The notes beneath the pieces are model-generated. The model was given only the letters and a program-made list of their open reading frames with translations, did no database searches and was not told where the DNA came from. A stretch of DNA of 64,000 nucleotides, taken from assembly GCA_964016885.1 (NCBI GenBank), contig OZ024742.1, positions 49,600,001-49,664,000 of the forward strand, read 5' to 3'. Position 1 is the first letter of the stretch. Every line of letters begins with the position of its first letter. Shown in pieces: positions 15,401 through 29,566 of this stretch. The stretch comes from Eledone cirrhosa (taxonomy: Eukaryota). A program made the translations under genes and the position numbers.

Positions 15401-16147
15401 ATATGATCTTGAAATATCAATGCAAATTATTGATTTATTGATGACATTCAGATATTAATATCATTTTTGCTTTCTTATTCTTAAATGTTTAAACAGACCT
15501 AAGTTAATATGATAGATTCCTTGCTGAATCTTTTCTAAAGCTATGGAATTAATATTGACACTCTTACAAGGAAGATATGTTACAGGTTGTCAATGTATTT
15601 TGTATTATGTGTCTATAGAGTTGTTAGTGATGGAGAACATTTTATAATTGTCCATTGCTGTTCTCATTATCATGAGTATGGCACTAGTATGCTATAAATT
15701 ATTCTGAGATATAAGGAGGGAAGTATATTGAAACTCACCATTACCATACGCCACTATCAGGAGAATGCTCACTGCCATAAACCAATTCTCCATTGACACT
15801 TTTACATTCATGCTGTAATTATTCATTATCACTATCACTTATCATAATCGGAATGGATCACCATTGGTTCAATCAACAGCAGTTCCAGTTGTTCAATCAA
15901 TAGAGCACCATGGCCCTGAAATTGACAAGCAAGTAGCTGAGCATTTCATAGACATGTGTGCAATTAATATCTCATGGAGATTCAACATTACACAAGTATT
16001 TTACCTGATTTTATATAACTATCATTATTTATAGTGATCAGTGGTTACATATATTTTCTCCATTTGGATTCCTACATTTCAAATGCAAACATAGTGAGAG
16101 CAAGAAACTAATAAGAGTGTTTTATAACTCTGTTTGTTGTCTCCTTG

Positions 16148-16206
<59 letters not shown>

Positions 16207-16207
16207 T

Positions 16208-16345
16208 GTCATCACCATCACCGTTTTACGTCCATATTTCCATTCTGGCATGAGTCTGACAAGTTGTCCTGTTGTGGGCAATGTTAGGTCAGGTGACCAT
16301 GTCTTGCTCATACAGCACTGATTTTGGCTTGGTTTCTATGGCTGG
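16208..16345 (-). mobile_element. RTE 3'-UTR-type short repeat (family C)
   Basis: GGTTTCTATGGCTGGATGCCCTTCCTAACGCCA plus a CAT-repeat tail. Confidence 0.7.
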
Positions 16346-18138
16346 ATGCCCTTCCTAACGCCACCATCATTTATGCACACACTCACATATATGTATATAT
16401 TTTTTTTTACCGAAATGCCTGACTGAAACACATGCTTTTGCTTCAAAATTTATATTTCTTTTACTTCCTCTTCTCACGTCTTTCTATTTTATCTTTAACT
16501 TCTCATTCTATCTTCTGATGAAGGACTAATGCTTGAAACATAAAAACATCATTCCTCCTACATCAAGTGTTAAAACTAATAAATGTCTTTGCTGTACTGT
16601 ACTGTTTGGTTTGTTGTTTCTGTTTACCTTTTGCATATAATATATATAGGCACAAACATGCAGAGCTAGATAGATAGTGTGAGTGACGGACAGATATAAT
16701 ACTGTTGGCAGAGATGCTAACTTTTGGCATGGATGAATATATTTTAGAGATGTTTTTGTCAGATTGTTGTGCTTGTTTGACAGACAGAAAATGAAATAGA
16801 GATATAATATAGATTATTTCTGGTTTGAAACATATATAAGAAGCTCTTTCTTAAATAAGAATTGGGTACATGCATGACAACAGGCATAGACATTTTTCAG
16901 GCTAAGAAAGATGCTCATGGTTAATGAAATTATTCAAGGTTAACTGATATGATGTTAACAAGGATGTTTATGCTTAATCCTTCCATTACTGTATTTCTAA
17001 TGAAATACACTCCCATTGTGTTTTAGTTTATGGAAATAACTAAAACCTAGTGGAATATAATTAATTAGCTGATAATTTGAAAATTACTTCACAAAAAATA
17101 TCTAAAATAAAATTACAATGGAAAATCTTTATATAAGGAAAAACATTTAATCGTAAGCAGTTTTGTGTGATATCATATGTCCAGGGCAGTTTCAAGTGGT
17201 TTGGTATCAAAGAGATTAACAAGAATTCTCAAGATGTATAGGAATATACAACAAAAACAACATAAAGTATTTAAAATTAACAAGTATGTTCAAGGTTAAT
17301 GAGAATGTTTAGGTTTAACAAATGATTAAATTTAATAGAAATATTCAAAATTAATAGATGTTATCTGAGAATGTCCTCACCATGTTTACAGATCTTAGAA
17401 CTGAAATTGGCTGTAATGTGTTTATATCTTACCCTGGAGGTAATTTGTCAATGTCCTTAGAGAAATGGTTGTTTATCAGTTAAGTTGGGATGATAGACAC
17501 ATTCCATAGCTGCTGTAATATTTATACTTCAACTGTGAAGTTGGATTTTTTAGCTTACTTCTGCATACCATGATAATTTGGTGTTGCTTTGCTGACAATT
17601 AATACACTGGTTTCATTTTTGCCTTGGAGAATGATGCAAAGTTTATTACGTGCTTGATAGACTGTCTGTATTCTAAAGTTACATAATATTTTCACATAGT
17701 GATCTTCTAAAACAAGTATAGTATCTTAGGAGTATTGAAATTCCTTTTCTTAAAATAACCAACATTTGAGAATGTGTTGCTGCTACTTGCCTAAACTTCC
17801 AAGATGCAACTACAGAAAAGCAACTCAAATGATTGGTGTAAATTCACTCATGAACACATTCCAATTTCTAGCTCACAGAAGTATTGTCTTCACTCTCTGT
17901 CATTTCTAGATCTACTACAGTAGCCTATGCTCTTCAGATCTATCTGCTGTCATGTCCTCTCTAATCAAGCAATACATCTCCCACTCTAAACACACACAAT
18001 GTGTTCATCCCTAGATTCTAACCCAAAATGCCCAAACCTTGCTCATCAGGAATGTCATTTCTTGGGAATTTCAACATTACATGTTATGTCAATATAATCA
18101 TGTTATCAAAGTTATATCATCTGTATTGTTATTTTTCT

Positions 18139-18741
18139 GTGGTGGATTAGCAGAATTGTTAGACCATTGGACAAAATGTTTTACAGCATTTAGTTATAGC
18201 CCTTTGAGTTCAAATCCTGCCGAAGTTAGCTTGGCCTTACATCAATAGAGGGTCAATGAAATATAGCACAAAACTATTGGCTTTGTGCCTAAATCAAATC
18301 AGAAATCATTATTACGTAGCTGTATCGGAAGAGCCTCAGAGAATGTGCTTTGCGATATATAGTTACGGCCCTTGACAGTCTGTGTTCAAATCACACCAAG
18401 GTTAGCTTTGCCTTTCATCACTATGGGGTTGGTAAAATAAATACCAGTAATGCATTGAGGTTGATTTCATTGACTTTCCACTCTCCCAAAATTGTTGTCC
18501 TTGTGCTAAATCAGAAACCATTATTACATAAAAGATTTGGCAGAGACTTGGAGAACATGCTTTGCGATATATAGTTACTGACCTTTATGTTCTAAGTTCA
18601 AATTTGGCTGAGGTTAGCTTTGTCTTTCATCCTTACAGGGTAAAAAAATAAAGTACCAGTAACACATTGGGGTAGATTTAATCGACATCCCCCTCCATAT
18701 AAAACGTGTTGGCATTCTGCCTAAATCAGAAACCATTATTA
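18139..18741 (+). mobile_element. Three head-to-tail SINE family A copies
   Basis: Three B boxes (about 18206, 18383, 18594) and three tails AATCAGAAA(T/C)CATTATTA (about 18313, 18526, 18741). Confidence 0.85.
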
Positions 18742-19187
18742 GGTGATGGATTGGTGCACATTGTATTTAGGTAAAGTATAAAAGCTAAAGTATGTTGCTG
18801 CATTTGTCACCAGATTGTAGGAAATTCAAATTGATTTCCTCCTCCTCAACATCATCATCATCATTATTGTCAGTATTTTTCTCATAATTACTGCCATCAC
18901 CACCAATATTAGTATAGCTTTTACAGATTTTGTTCATGAGAGGAGTCAGATATATTTATTTATTTAGGTTAATAATATTATATCATAATTTTCTTGTCAT
19001 TTATAATAATTAGTGCCACGTAATTTCTACAATCATTGCTAATATTATTTATTATGTAATGTATCTCTAGTTTACCAATAGCCCTTTTATAGATTTTCTA
19101 AATGGTAATGATATTATTATAGTTACGGTGAACATATTTCATGTTACTGCACAGATTCTAATCAATCTCCCAACTATTATTATGAGC

Positions 19188-19315
19188 AATAATGGTTTCT
19201 GATTTAGGCATAAGGCCAAACATTTTTGGGGAGGGGAAAGTTGATTAAATCAAAATCAGTGCATTACTAGTACTTTATTTTATCAACTCCATAAGGATGA
19301 AAGTCAAAGCTAAAC
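19188..19315 (-). mobile_element. Truncated SINE family A
   Basis: AATAATGGTTTCTGATTTAGGCATAAGGCC..AGGATGAAAG. Confidence 0.75.
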
Positions 19316-19989
19316 TCATTATGAGAAATAATGAGAAATAAACAATTATTCTTATATTCTTAAATTAAATAAACCTGAGATCCAAAAAGGGACATAACTT
19401 TAGAAGAAATGTAATTGAATATTGAAATATTTAAATTTAATGGAAAACCTTCAGAAAAATCAATTTTATGAAACACAAATTACCCAAAATATTTGTGGAA
19501 ATACTGATAGGAATATATCTCGAACATTTTACCCTATGTTGTTGTTTGTAAAACACAATTAAATGAGGCATAACTATGTAGTTAAGTTCACATTGTAACT
19601 ATATAGGTTTGGGTTCAATTTGAATGCAGAGCACAGAATTGAATATCACATGCTCTGATTGAATATCTGATGCCCTAATAAATCTGCTAATTCACTGCAC
19701 ATTAGCTATTAGTAATATTGTATATGTTTTAGAGACTGATATTGGGAGTGAGACTGAATGATAACAAATGATAGATATAGAGATATATCTACTCCAATTC
19801 TTCTTGTGAATTTAGAATCTGCTCAAGGAATGTATACTGTAATCGTTTTATAATCTTCCTATCATTCAGTTATTTGATTATCCATGTATTCCCTACATTT
19901 GTATTCTTTCTACTACAATGAACTTCCTTAGGTCTGTCCAGTTATGCTCTTTTAATGCTCATTATATGTGCATATTAGTGTTTAGACTT

Positions 19990-20734
19990 CTGAAATATGT
20001 TATCTGTGTTCGTCTTGTAGACATCCTTTTGAGATAGAGGTTTTATACTCATCTGCTTAGTACTCCCCCACCTGAAATATGTTATCTGTGTTCATCTTGT
20101 AGACATCCTTTTGAGATAGAGGTTTTATACTCATCTGCTTAGTACTCCCCCACCTGAAATATGTTATCTGTGTTCGTCTTGTAGACATCCTTTTGAGATA
20201 GAGGTTTTATACTCATCTGCTTAGTACTCCCCCACCTGAAATATGTTATCTGTGTTCATCTTGTAGACATCCTTTTGAGATAGAGGTTTTATACTCATCT
20301 GCTTAGTACTCCCCCACCTGAAATATGTTATCTGTGTTCGTCTTGTAGACATCCTTTTGAGATAGAGGTTTTATACTCATCTGCTTAGTACTCTCCCACC
20401 TGAAATATGTTATATGTGTTCGTCTTGTAGACATCCTTTTGAGATAGAGGTTTTATACTCATCTGCTTAGTACTCCCCCACCTGAAATATGTTATATGTG
20501 TTCGTCTTGTAGACATCCTTTTGAGATAGAGGTTTTATACTTATCTGCTTAGTACTCCCCCACCTGAAATATGTTATCTGTGTTCGTCTTGTAGACATCC
20601 TTTTGAGATAGAGGTTTTATACTCATCTGCTTAGTACTCCCCCACCTGAAATATGTTATATGTGTTCGTCTTGTAGACATCCTTTTGAGATAGAGGTTTT
20701 ATACTCATCTGCTTAGTACTCCCCCACCTGAAAT
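19990..20734. repeat. Minisatellite, 82-bp unit x 9
   Basis: CTGAAATATG.. recurs at 19990, 20072, 20154 ... 20728, with only a few substitutions between units. Confidence 0.97.
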
Positions 20735-21429
20735 CAAACACTGAACTATTGACAAATATACAATATACACACACAAACATACACAAGTGTAAATATGTTT
20801 CGCTGGAGAGGACCCACCCAACTCATACAAGCATGGAAAATAGATGTAAAATAATGATATTGATATATATATATATATATATACATGTTTATCTGATTTC
20901 ATGATTGTTTATGTTCAGTAAATCAGTCAGGTTTTATTTTTGTTATAATTTACCTGACGAAACGTAGTTTTGTAGTGCAATATTTTATTTAAGATTATTG
21001 TATTTCTGGGTTAAAATGTGTTTCTTGTTTAACCATAGATCAGCTCTGATTTATAATCAGGCCAATAATCACAGGCATTCAAGCATTGGGTATACCATAC
21101 ATTTTTCAAATATTGTATAAATGTGTGCTTTTATTTTTAAGATGATAGGATATGATTTGATGGTGATTTGGGTGCTGTATGTAGTAGATTCTGTAACCAT
21201 GAATAGGGACTGTGTTGGCTTCAGATTAAGATGTGGTGTTTCTTAGCAGTTCTTGGTTGAAAGTGCTTTGATCAATTTTTCTTATGTAGTACATGACATA
21301 GTTCAATGTTGATCATTTATTGTTAAACTATTTCCCATATAGGCCTTTTATTTAAATATCTATATTCTTTGTGTTTTTCACTTTTTTACTCTGCCTTTTT
21401 TTGTGTTTTGTTGTATTTAGCTGAGGCAT

Positions 21430-21750
21430 AATAATTGTTTCTACTTTTGGCACAAGGCCAGCAATTACCCAGTGCATTACTGGTACTTTATTTTATCGAC
21501 CCCGTAAGGATGAAAGGCAAAGTCAACCTCGGCGGGATTTGAACTGAGATCGTAAAGGGACGTAACTATGCTGGAAAGCATGGCGTCCGACCCTCTACCG
21601 ATACTGCCAAATGATTTCTATTTTAGGCTCTAAGGAGAGGGGGAAAAGGGATAAATTGATGCTAATACTTGAAGGGTTGGAAGGAGAGTTGACCACAGCA
21701 AGATTTGAACTCAGACCATAAAGAGTGGAAATAAATGACTACCAATTCCC
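21430..21750 (-). mobile_element. Young SINE family A copy (21430-21612) adjoining an older degenerate copy
   Basis: Near-exact reverse complement of the 32952 copy, followed by a second GATTTGAACTCAGA. Confidence 0.88.
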
Positions 21751-23164
21751 TGCCGCTTAGCTAAGGCAAAATATCTATTCTTGAATTTCATGATTTCTCA
21801 TAAAGATGCTTGGGTGTTTGCAAACATTTGGATTATATTGACTCCTGCAGCCTTAGCTGCTACCTGGACAGGGTGATCATAGTTATTAAAGGATTAAATG
21901 GCATGTAGCTACTAATTTTTAATACTTAATCTGAACATTGATATTAATTTCTTAGAATCTGGCTATTTTAACGAAAGGTAACATCAACTTTCTATTTATA
22001 ATCATTTAATACTGTTGATACAAATGTTCTTGATACTTACATTTTGGATAATTGACTTTTTTCTTTCATCTATTTAAAACAAGTAGGTGTTTCACAAAGC
22101 ATGGATTATATATGATGTTCTTTGTAGTAGATAAGATGAAAATTAGAGCATAAACCAGATTTGACTTCTTATATTTATCAAATATCTCAAGTGCTTACCA
22201 CCTTAATACATAATCCCTTTGCCCTTGCTTGCAAGAATAGATCAGTATTTTGAGCTATTGTAAATAGTAAAAAAAACCCAGAAAATATGAAAGTTAAGTA
22301 TCCAATCCTCCATATATTTACAATGCATGATATATTACTAGGCACAACCTAGAAAATACACTTTTATGAATTTAATAAATGATTTCTCTAGAATGTGTGT
22401 GTGTGATTTGGTGGACACATACTTGAGTATTGCTGAAATTACCAGCTAAATATACTGTGACGAATATTACTTTATTCATGAAAATGTATTGGAAATATAA
22501 TATTTTGAAGAGCTGGAGTTTGAAGAGTTCATATCAAAGTAAAAAGTTAGAAATTTAATGAGCTGAATTGTCTGGTATGAAGGATCAAAATCCTCACATT
22601 AAAGAAAGTGTCCTGGTCAGGGCATCACATTACCTTCCCAAGAGGTTATTCATATTGCAGCTACTTATGACATCCATCAACAGGAAAAAGGATTTTAAAT
22701 TTTGGATTGAGCTGAGAATTATGCTGTCGGCCAACCTCAATACACTAGCCAGGATAGATCATCCTGGAATCATCTTAGCTCTGCATAGCTTGTTCATATG
22801 CTGCGAAAACATCCCTCACCTCCAAGCTAGCATACCAAAATAACTCCTGTATCAATTGCTATCATATACACCAGACAAACACATCTGCTTAACCTCAAGC
22901 CAATGTCACACAAACAGCAGAGATAGCAGAATGTTATAGACATTAATCTCAGAACACTGCTTACAGACAATTACCTACCAACTAAAAGTAAACTATCAGC
23001 ACAATCAGTCATATTGTTGCAATCAGTTAGAATGGTTGATACAACTACTTTTTCTTTATTTTTAACCTGTAGCTTTTGGGCATTTAAGACCTGGCGAAGA
23101 CTCTCCCGTCACCAAGTCTGTACATAGTAGATTTCTCCCAATGAAAGAAAATGAGTGACAAAGA

Positions 23165-23345
23165 GAAAGTGGGAAAGTGATATAGAGGAAGAATTGGCCA
23201 TAGTACTGAACTGGTCCACATTTTATCGACCTCAAAAGGATGAAAGGCAATGTTCATCCTGACGGAATTTGAACTTAGAGCCCAAAAGAGCTAGAGTGAA
23301 TATGGCAATGCATACTATTTGATTTTTTACCAACTCTACCAATTA
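23165..23345 (-). mobile_element. Degenerate SINE family A
   Basis: TTTTATCGACCTCAAAAGGATGAAAGGCAA..GGAATTTGAAC. Confidence 0.7.
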
Positions 23346-23633
23346 GACACCTAACACATAACACCACGTCTTCTAAATATGCCAGCTAAACTGCTTCTTC
23401 ATTTTAAATAAAACTTACTTTTTGATCAGATCTGAAAGAATTCATCATATTTACAGTCACAAAACTGTTTAGTAATACAAGAAAATTAAGTCAAGCAGTT
23501 AATATAAATATTTTCATTTTCTATAATATATGCTGTGCTGATTGCTCTTTTCTTACATTTGTGTTCCTGTACATGCACACACACACACACACACACATAC
23601 ATATATATATATGTGTGTTTGTGTACCTGTCTA

Positions 23634-23684
<51 letters not shown>

Positions 23685-23702
23685 TTATATATATATACAT
23701 AC

Positions 23703-23741
<39 letters not shown>

Positions 23742-24326
23742 TATATATAAACACTCACACACATAGGAACACAAACATGCAATTATAAAGAAAGATTGCA
23801 AGAGAGCTTTCCTGCATTCTTATTAATACACACAAGTTTTTGATGTGCTTGCATCAATTTTCTGTAAAACACACAGAAAATTGGAGTGTATGTATGTTTG
23901 TTTGAGAGTGTGCTAGTTTATTGATCAATCATATATAACTTGCATATATATTTATGAATGAAACCTAAAACAGCCATAGTGAAATTGTTGCACTTTCTGC
24001 CAATCCTACATACATATATTTACATATACATCTATACAACTAATACATACATCCACAACATTTTTCCTGGCTCTGGATCTTTATGGCTTTCTTTGTATTT
24101 GATGTACACCAATATAAATTGTGTAAGTTGGAGCAGGTTTTTATGATTATCCTAGATTACATAAGTAACACACCATGCTCTTGCTTGTCCATGTATTTTA
24201 ATCATTATATATATATATATATATATACATTTAATATATTTAATGATGATGATGATATATATGTACATATATATATTATCATATATATGTATACATATAT
24301 AAATTATATATGTATACATACATATA

Positions 24327-24377
<51 letters not shown>

Positions 24378-24411
24378 ATAAATATATTTATATATATATA
24401 CACACACACAT

Positions 24412-24521
<110 letters not shown>

Positions 24522-25395
24522 GTATGACGTTATTTTATCAGTCATGACAGATATGAAAATGAGCCTACTCTAAACAAACCTTTCTCTGTAGGCATGTTTC
24601 TAAAATCTAAAGAGAAATTATTCAGAATGTAGCTCCCTGTAATTCATTTTTTACTTTATGAATGATTATGCACTACATGCATTATTCATTATTCTTTCAT
24701 ATTTCATCTCTGAAAGCCTGCAGTATATATTCCTTTTTCTACATATATATATATAATTTTCTTTAGTGTTACGATTTAGCCAAATCTCTCATGTTTTGGG
24801 CAATATTGATTTTTATCTAAGAGCCTTTTCTCTACTTTTATTGGTTTATTTTTTAAGGGAGAAGCATATCATATATTGATTTGACTCTACAATTTGTTAC
24901 ATTAAAAAACGTATATAATATGGTGATGGGATGAAACAAAAATTCCTCCAGTATGATTTGGACTCAGGACAATGACACATTAACAATGTGTTGTATAATA
25001 CTATAATGTATTCCATTTATGAAAGTTCAAGGATTTTCATGTGATAAATTTCCTTGGTGAAAGGAGATATATCAAGCTAAATATTATAAAATAATTTATA
25101 ATTATTTCTATGGTACTATCAGCAAGAGTAGAAAGTTTAGAAATTTGAATTTTGAGTGCTTTTAGATGGTCAAAATCCTCATTATATAAACGTCTCTTAA
25201 CTGATCAGAGAATTAACATAATAGGACAAATGTACAATTTCATTTCAACTAGTGGCAATGCAAAAATACTTTTTTGATGATTTCATTACCATATTCACAA
25301 CGAACCACCCTGCCTGTGTCTTTTCAACTAATTTTTAAAATTATCTGAAATTTTGTGAGATTTGATAAAATCACTTTCTCATTATTAACTTCACC

Positions 25396-25588
25396 AGGCG
25401 GTGGATTGGCAGTATCGGTGGAGGGCCAGACGCCATGCTTTGCAGCATAGAGTTATGCCCCTTAACGATCTGAGTTCAAATCCTGCCGAGGTTAACTTTG
25501 CCTTTCATCCTTATGGGGGTCGATAAAATAAAGTACCACAATGCACTGGGATAATTGCTGGCCTTGTGCCAAAAATAGAAACACATAT
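25396..25588 (+). mobile_element. SINE family A, young short variant, TSD TATTAACTTCA
   Basis: Full motif set with an 11-bp flanking duplication. A degenerate copy follows to about 25770. Confidence 0.88.
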
Positions 25589-26697
25589 TAACTTCAAGTA
25601 GGATGGTAGATTAACTGAGTTTTTCTTGCTCGTTATGTTTAATTTCAAAGGCAGCTAAGGTTACCTTTGTCTTTCATTATTCTAAGGCCAAAGAAATAAA
25701 GAACCACTCAAGTACTGAGGAGAATATAATCAACTTTTGCCATACCCAAAAATTGCTGATCAAAACGATCATTTATAATCATTTGAGCTATCACACATAT
25801 TTTATACAATAAAGATTTTCTTTTTCAAGTTTGTGAAAGAACAGACCTAACACATAAGAAATCTGAGCATTCTTATATATTTATATATTTGTTGGTTATA
25901 TATAATTTTATAATGAATTCATGTATTGTATTTCATTCCTGTATTTCATTGATATCAATCATGCTTTGCCCAATAGTGGGATGGGTTTTCCGGACTTCTT
26001 TAGTTACCACAATTGTAACTGTCAGGTCATGCTGACTTTTATTGTTACTACAATGTACTACATCAGTATTTAATTGTAGCTTCAACTTTTCTCAAGAGCT
26101 CTCTTTGTGAGGAATATATATCCATGTAGTGATTAGATCACTGCTGATGGTATCTAACTATTTGGAATATCTACTAACATTTCTATATCCAAATCATTTC
26201 AATTAAATAATTGCAATCAAATAAAGCCCTAGAACCATTTTAAAGAATAGGATATGAAGATAACTTGAACACTTGACATAACAAAAGAATTTTCCAACAT
26301 ATTTAAAGATCTTACAATGGATTCAATCATTTCTATGACTACATATTATTCATTTTCTGATCATATGAATGTATGCTGTGAATGTACAGATGAAAAATAT
26401 CTCTTATCAACAAATATCAGATACTTCATTATTATATATGTTTATATGAGATTCATTCTTATTAACATTACAACTAGTGGAATTGTTCTTCTTCAGTGAC
26501 AAAATTGTCAAATGGAAATTACAGGAAGAATATATTATTTGGCTATACATAAGAGCATAGCATCTATTCTTCAGAAGAAACATAACAATTACTATCCATA
26601 TTTTAATGAATCAATCAAGCAAATATTTCACGACTCATGTTACTTTTACTTAAGAAAGAAACCTAATAACATTTTAACTGTAATAGATATTTGCATT

Positions 26698-26915
26698 AAT
26701 AATGGTTTCTTATATAGGGCAAGGCCAGCAATTTTGGGGGAGAGGGAAGTCGATTAAATTGACCTCAGTGTGTGACTGGTACTTTATTTTATCAAACCAA
26801 TAAAGATGAAAGGGAAAGTTAACCTCGGCAGGATTTGAAATCATATCATAAAGGGCCATAACTCTATGCTGCAAAGCATGGCGTCTGACACTCTACTGAT
26901 ACTGCCAATCCCCCC
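26698..26915 (-). mobile_element. SINE family A, long variant, TSD TTTGCATTAATAA
   Basis: Full reverse motif set with a 13-bp duplication at about 26690 and 26922. Confidence 0.88.
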
Positions 26916-27890
26916 CTCCCCTTTGCATTAATAACGACAATTTTGCAAAGAATAAAACCATTTCATTACCCAGATGAATATGTGTAAGATGCAGAAGTTT
27001 CTCCAAGAACACTGTTGAAAATGTTCAAATGTTGATGTTGATTAGCCCCATGTTATCAAATATATACTTGCCATGACCATCCTATATTTTTAACACTCAG
27101 TTTATCTCCAATTATATTTTCAATAATGGCTGTTCAATTTTTAAGACAGTTAGATAGGAGTTGAGAGAAATTTGACTGCTATTTTTTGAGCAACCACAGG
27201 AATGCTCATTGGTACATTTTTAGAAATAATCCTAGTTGTATGAGGTGTTGATTTGTTATGCTGAGATACAAGATTTTCAGGTTAATTGCAGAAAGACTTT
27301 CTTTTATTGGAATGTTCAGATAATATATTTATTTCTAGCAGACATCCGCTGTGATTTTACTGTAGAGTTTTAATATTTTGAAACACATTATCTTGATATG
27401 AACTCAGAAGATTAAATGTAATCGCTTCAAGGCTTAGATGTTCTTCGCTTTAAATGAATCTGCTCTAAAAAAGTCTTTTAGGCTATATATTAAGCAGCAT
27501 TGGTTACCAAATAGATGAAATTCATACCTAACTAGCCAATGAGTTTGTTTATATACAGTCATTTGACCTGCTAAAAATACTAGCCAAATTTCCTTCTGAT
27601 TGTACATCAATGCCTTAAAAAGGAAGGACATGCTAAATAATGTAATCTTTGATATATTGCCTGAAACAAAATGGGATAATCATGATTGTAATGTCTTTTA
27701 TCATCGATTTATGGATAAAGAGCTATTACAAATTAATTTCTGGAATTAATCAGAATTAGAAATAATGCAAGATGTAAGTCTTAGATCACTTACTGAAAGG
27801 AGATTTAACTATAAAAAATCTGCTAAACAAAGTGTAGTAAGGACTCTTCAGCTGTTCTAAAGATATGTCAACCTGTCTTGAGCTGATGAC

Positions 27891-27946
<56 letters not shown>

Positions 27947-27948
<2 letters not shown>

Positions 27949-29253
27949 GGGTGCGGACGATATTTGTTCGCAAGATTACTGTCTAGGAAAATATAACACA
28001 GTAGTCTTATTTTTTAAGATATATATATCAAACTTGGGTCAGTTTGTCTTCATGAGTTGTTCTTTCGATCTCACTCGGTAAACCCGCCATTGACTTTGAT
28101 GACGGCCTCAAGGCGGCCTCGGAACCGGCTACAGGTATTCGTCACTGTCCCCTAATTTAGGCCCCTAAAGGCACTTGTGATCCTGGCCTTCAGATCGTCT
28201 TTCATATTGCAGCTAGATCTGTTGGTGTCTCGTTCCACTGTGCCCCACACAAAGAAGTCGTGGGGGTTGCAGTCAGGCGAGCTGGGAGGCCAGATGTCAG
28301 GTGAAGTGTGGTCGACGAAGTTCTCTGACAGCCAGGCTTGGGTCTTTCGGCTGGTATGGCAGGGCGCTGAGTCTTGCTGCCACACGTACGGCCTACCTGC
28401 AGCTGCCTGGTCGATCCAGAGCTTTACTACATCGCTCAAAACGCGGATGTAGCCATCGGTGTTCAGCTTGAAGCCCTCAAGGAAGAAGTGAGGTGGCATG
28501 ACGTCACCCTGACTGCTGACGACACTTAAGACCAATGTTGTCACTGGAAACTTTGTCTGCATGACTCTGGCACGTGTTTGGATGAGCCAGCGAGCCACCT
28601 GTTGTTCTGGGAGTTGATCTTCTGGTCTTGGCAGAACTTTTTCTCGTCGGAGAAAAACAACAGCTTGTCTGGCTCCAGTGGGTGTTTCAACTTGTTGATC
28701 AGCTTCTTTGCGTGCTTCAGTCGCTTTTCTTGCATCGCCTTTGACAGAAATTGTCCTTTCCTCATCTTGTATGAAATGTAGCGAATGTCTTCATGTACCA
28801 CCAGCCTAATGAGCTTTTTCATCCACGCCTTTCGCCCTTGCAATGGCACGCATCGACTTGCTAGGTTCATTGTTGATGATATCCTGAACTTCAGCGACGA
28901 ACTCGGACCTTCTGAAGGCGTCAGATCGTCGATCATGTGTTTTCCTCTCTGATGTTGCTTCGTAGTCGAATCCTGAATCTTTCAATTCCTTTCTGACCTT
29001 TTTCACCATTCTCCTGCTGATGCTGAGAAAGTCTGAAATTTCCTGATGTGTCCTCCCAGTGTGGATTCCAAGAAGAACTCTGTGTCTCTTCCACAAATTT
29101 GGAGGTTCAAAATTATTCCTAATCAATTATTCTGAAAATAAATAATGGAAATATAGTCACTGTTTTTATGAAGACAAGAGTGACAATGGAAGTAAAAAGA
29201 ATTTGCATAAAATTAGCAGTTGAAAATTGCGAACAAATATCGTCCACACCCTG
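27947..29253 (-). mobile_element. Full-length Tc1/mariner DNA transposon, DD37D (maT) family
   Basis: 27-bp TIRs CAGGGTG(C/T)GGACGATATTTGTTCGCAA at 27947-27973 and 29227-29253 with 1 mismatch. TA lies on the right, and TG after a (TA)n array on the left. Confidence 0.93.
28152..29126 (-). pseudogene. DD37D transposase, two frameshifts
   Basis: Three overlapping ORFs give an HTH N-terminus, FFSDEK, WQQDSAPCH and SSPDCNPHDFFVWG. There are 37 residues between the second and third catalytic Asp. Confidence 0.9.
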
Positions 29254-29566
29254 TAAATATAAAAGATATATCTATGCCAGGTGCAACCTCTTTGACTAAA
29301 TAGTAAAATTAAAAAAGGAAACTAACTGAAACAGAAATATAATCCATGGCGTCCTATGTTTGTTGAGATATTGTGTAAAAAATCAACATCATCATTTAAT
29401 GTCCATTTCACCAGCTAGCAATTGTTGGTTTGGCCTTCAGAGATCATGTCAATATTTGAGTGTACTGACCTTCCAGGCAGGATGGAGGTTTAAATGTGGC
29501 CCCATGCTCTACCAAGTGCATATTATTGTGACATCATCACTATACATATATATATATATATTAAAT

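Noticed and set aside
19990-20734. 82-bp array as CRISPR or coding repeat
   Set aside because: Whole units are repeated, there are no spacers, and the unit length is not a multiple of 3.
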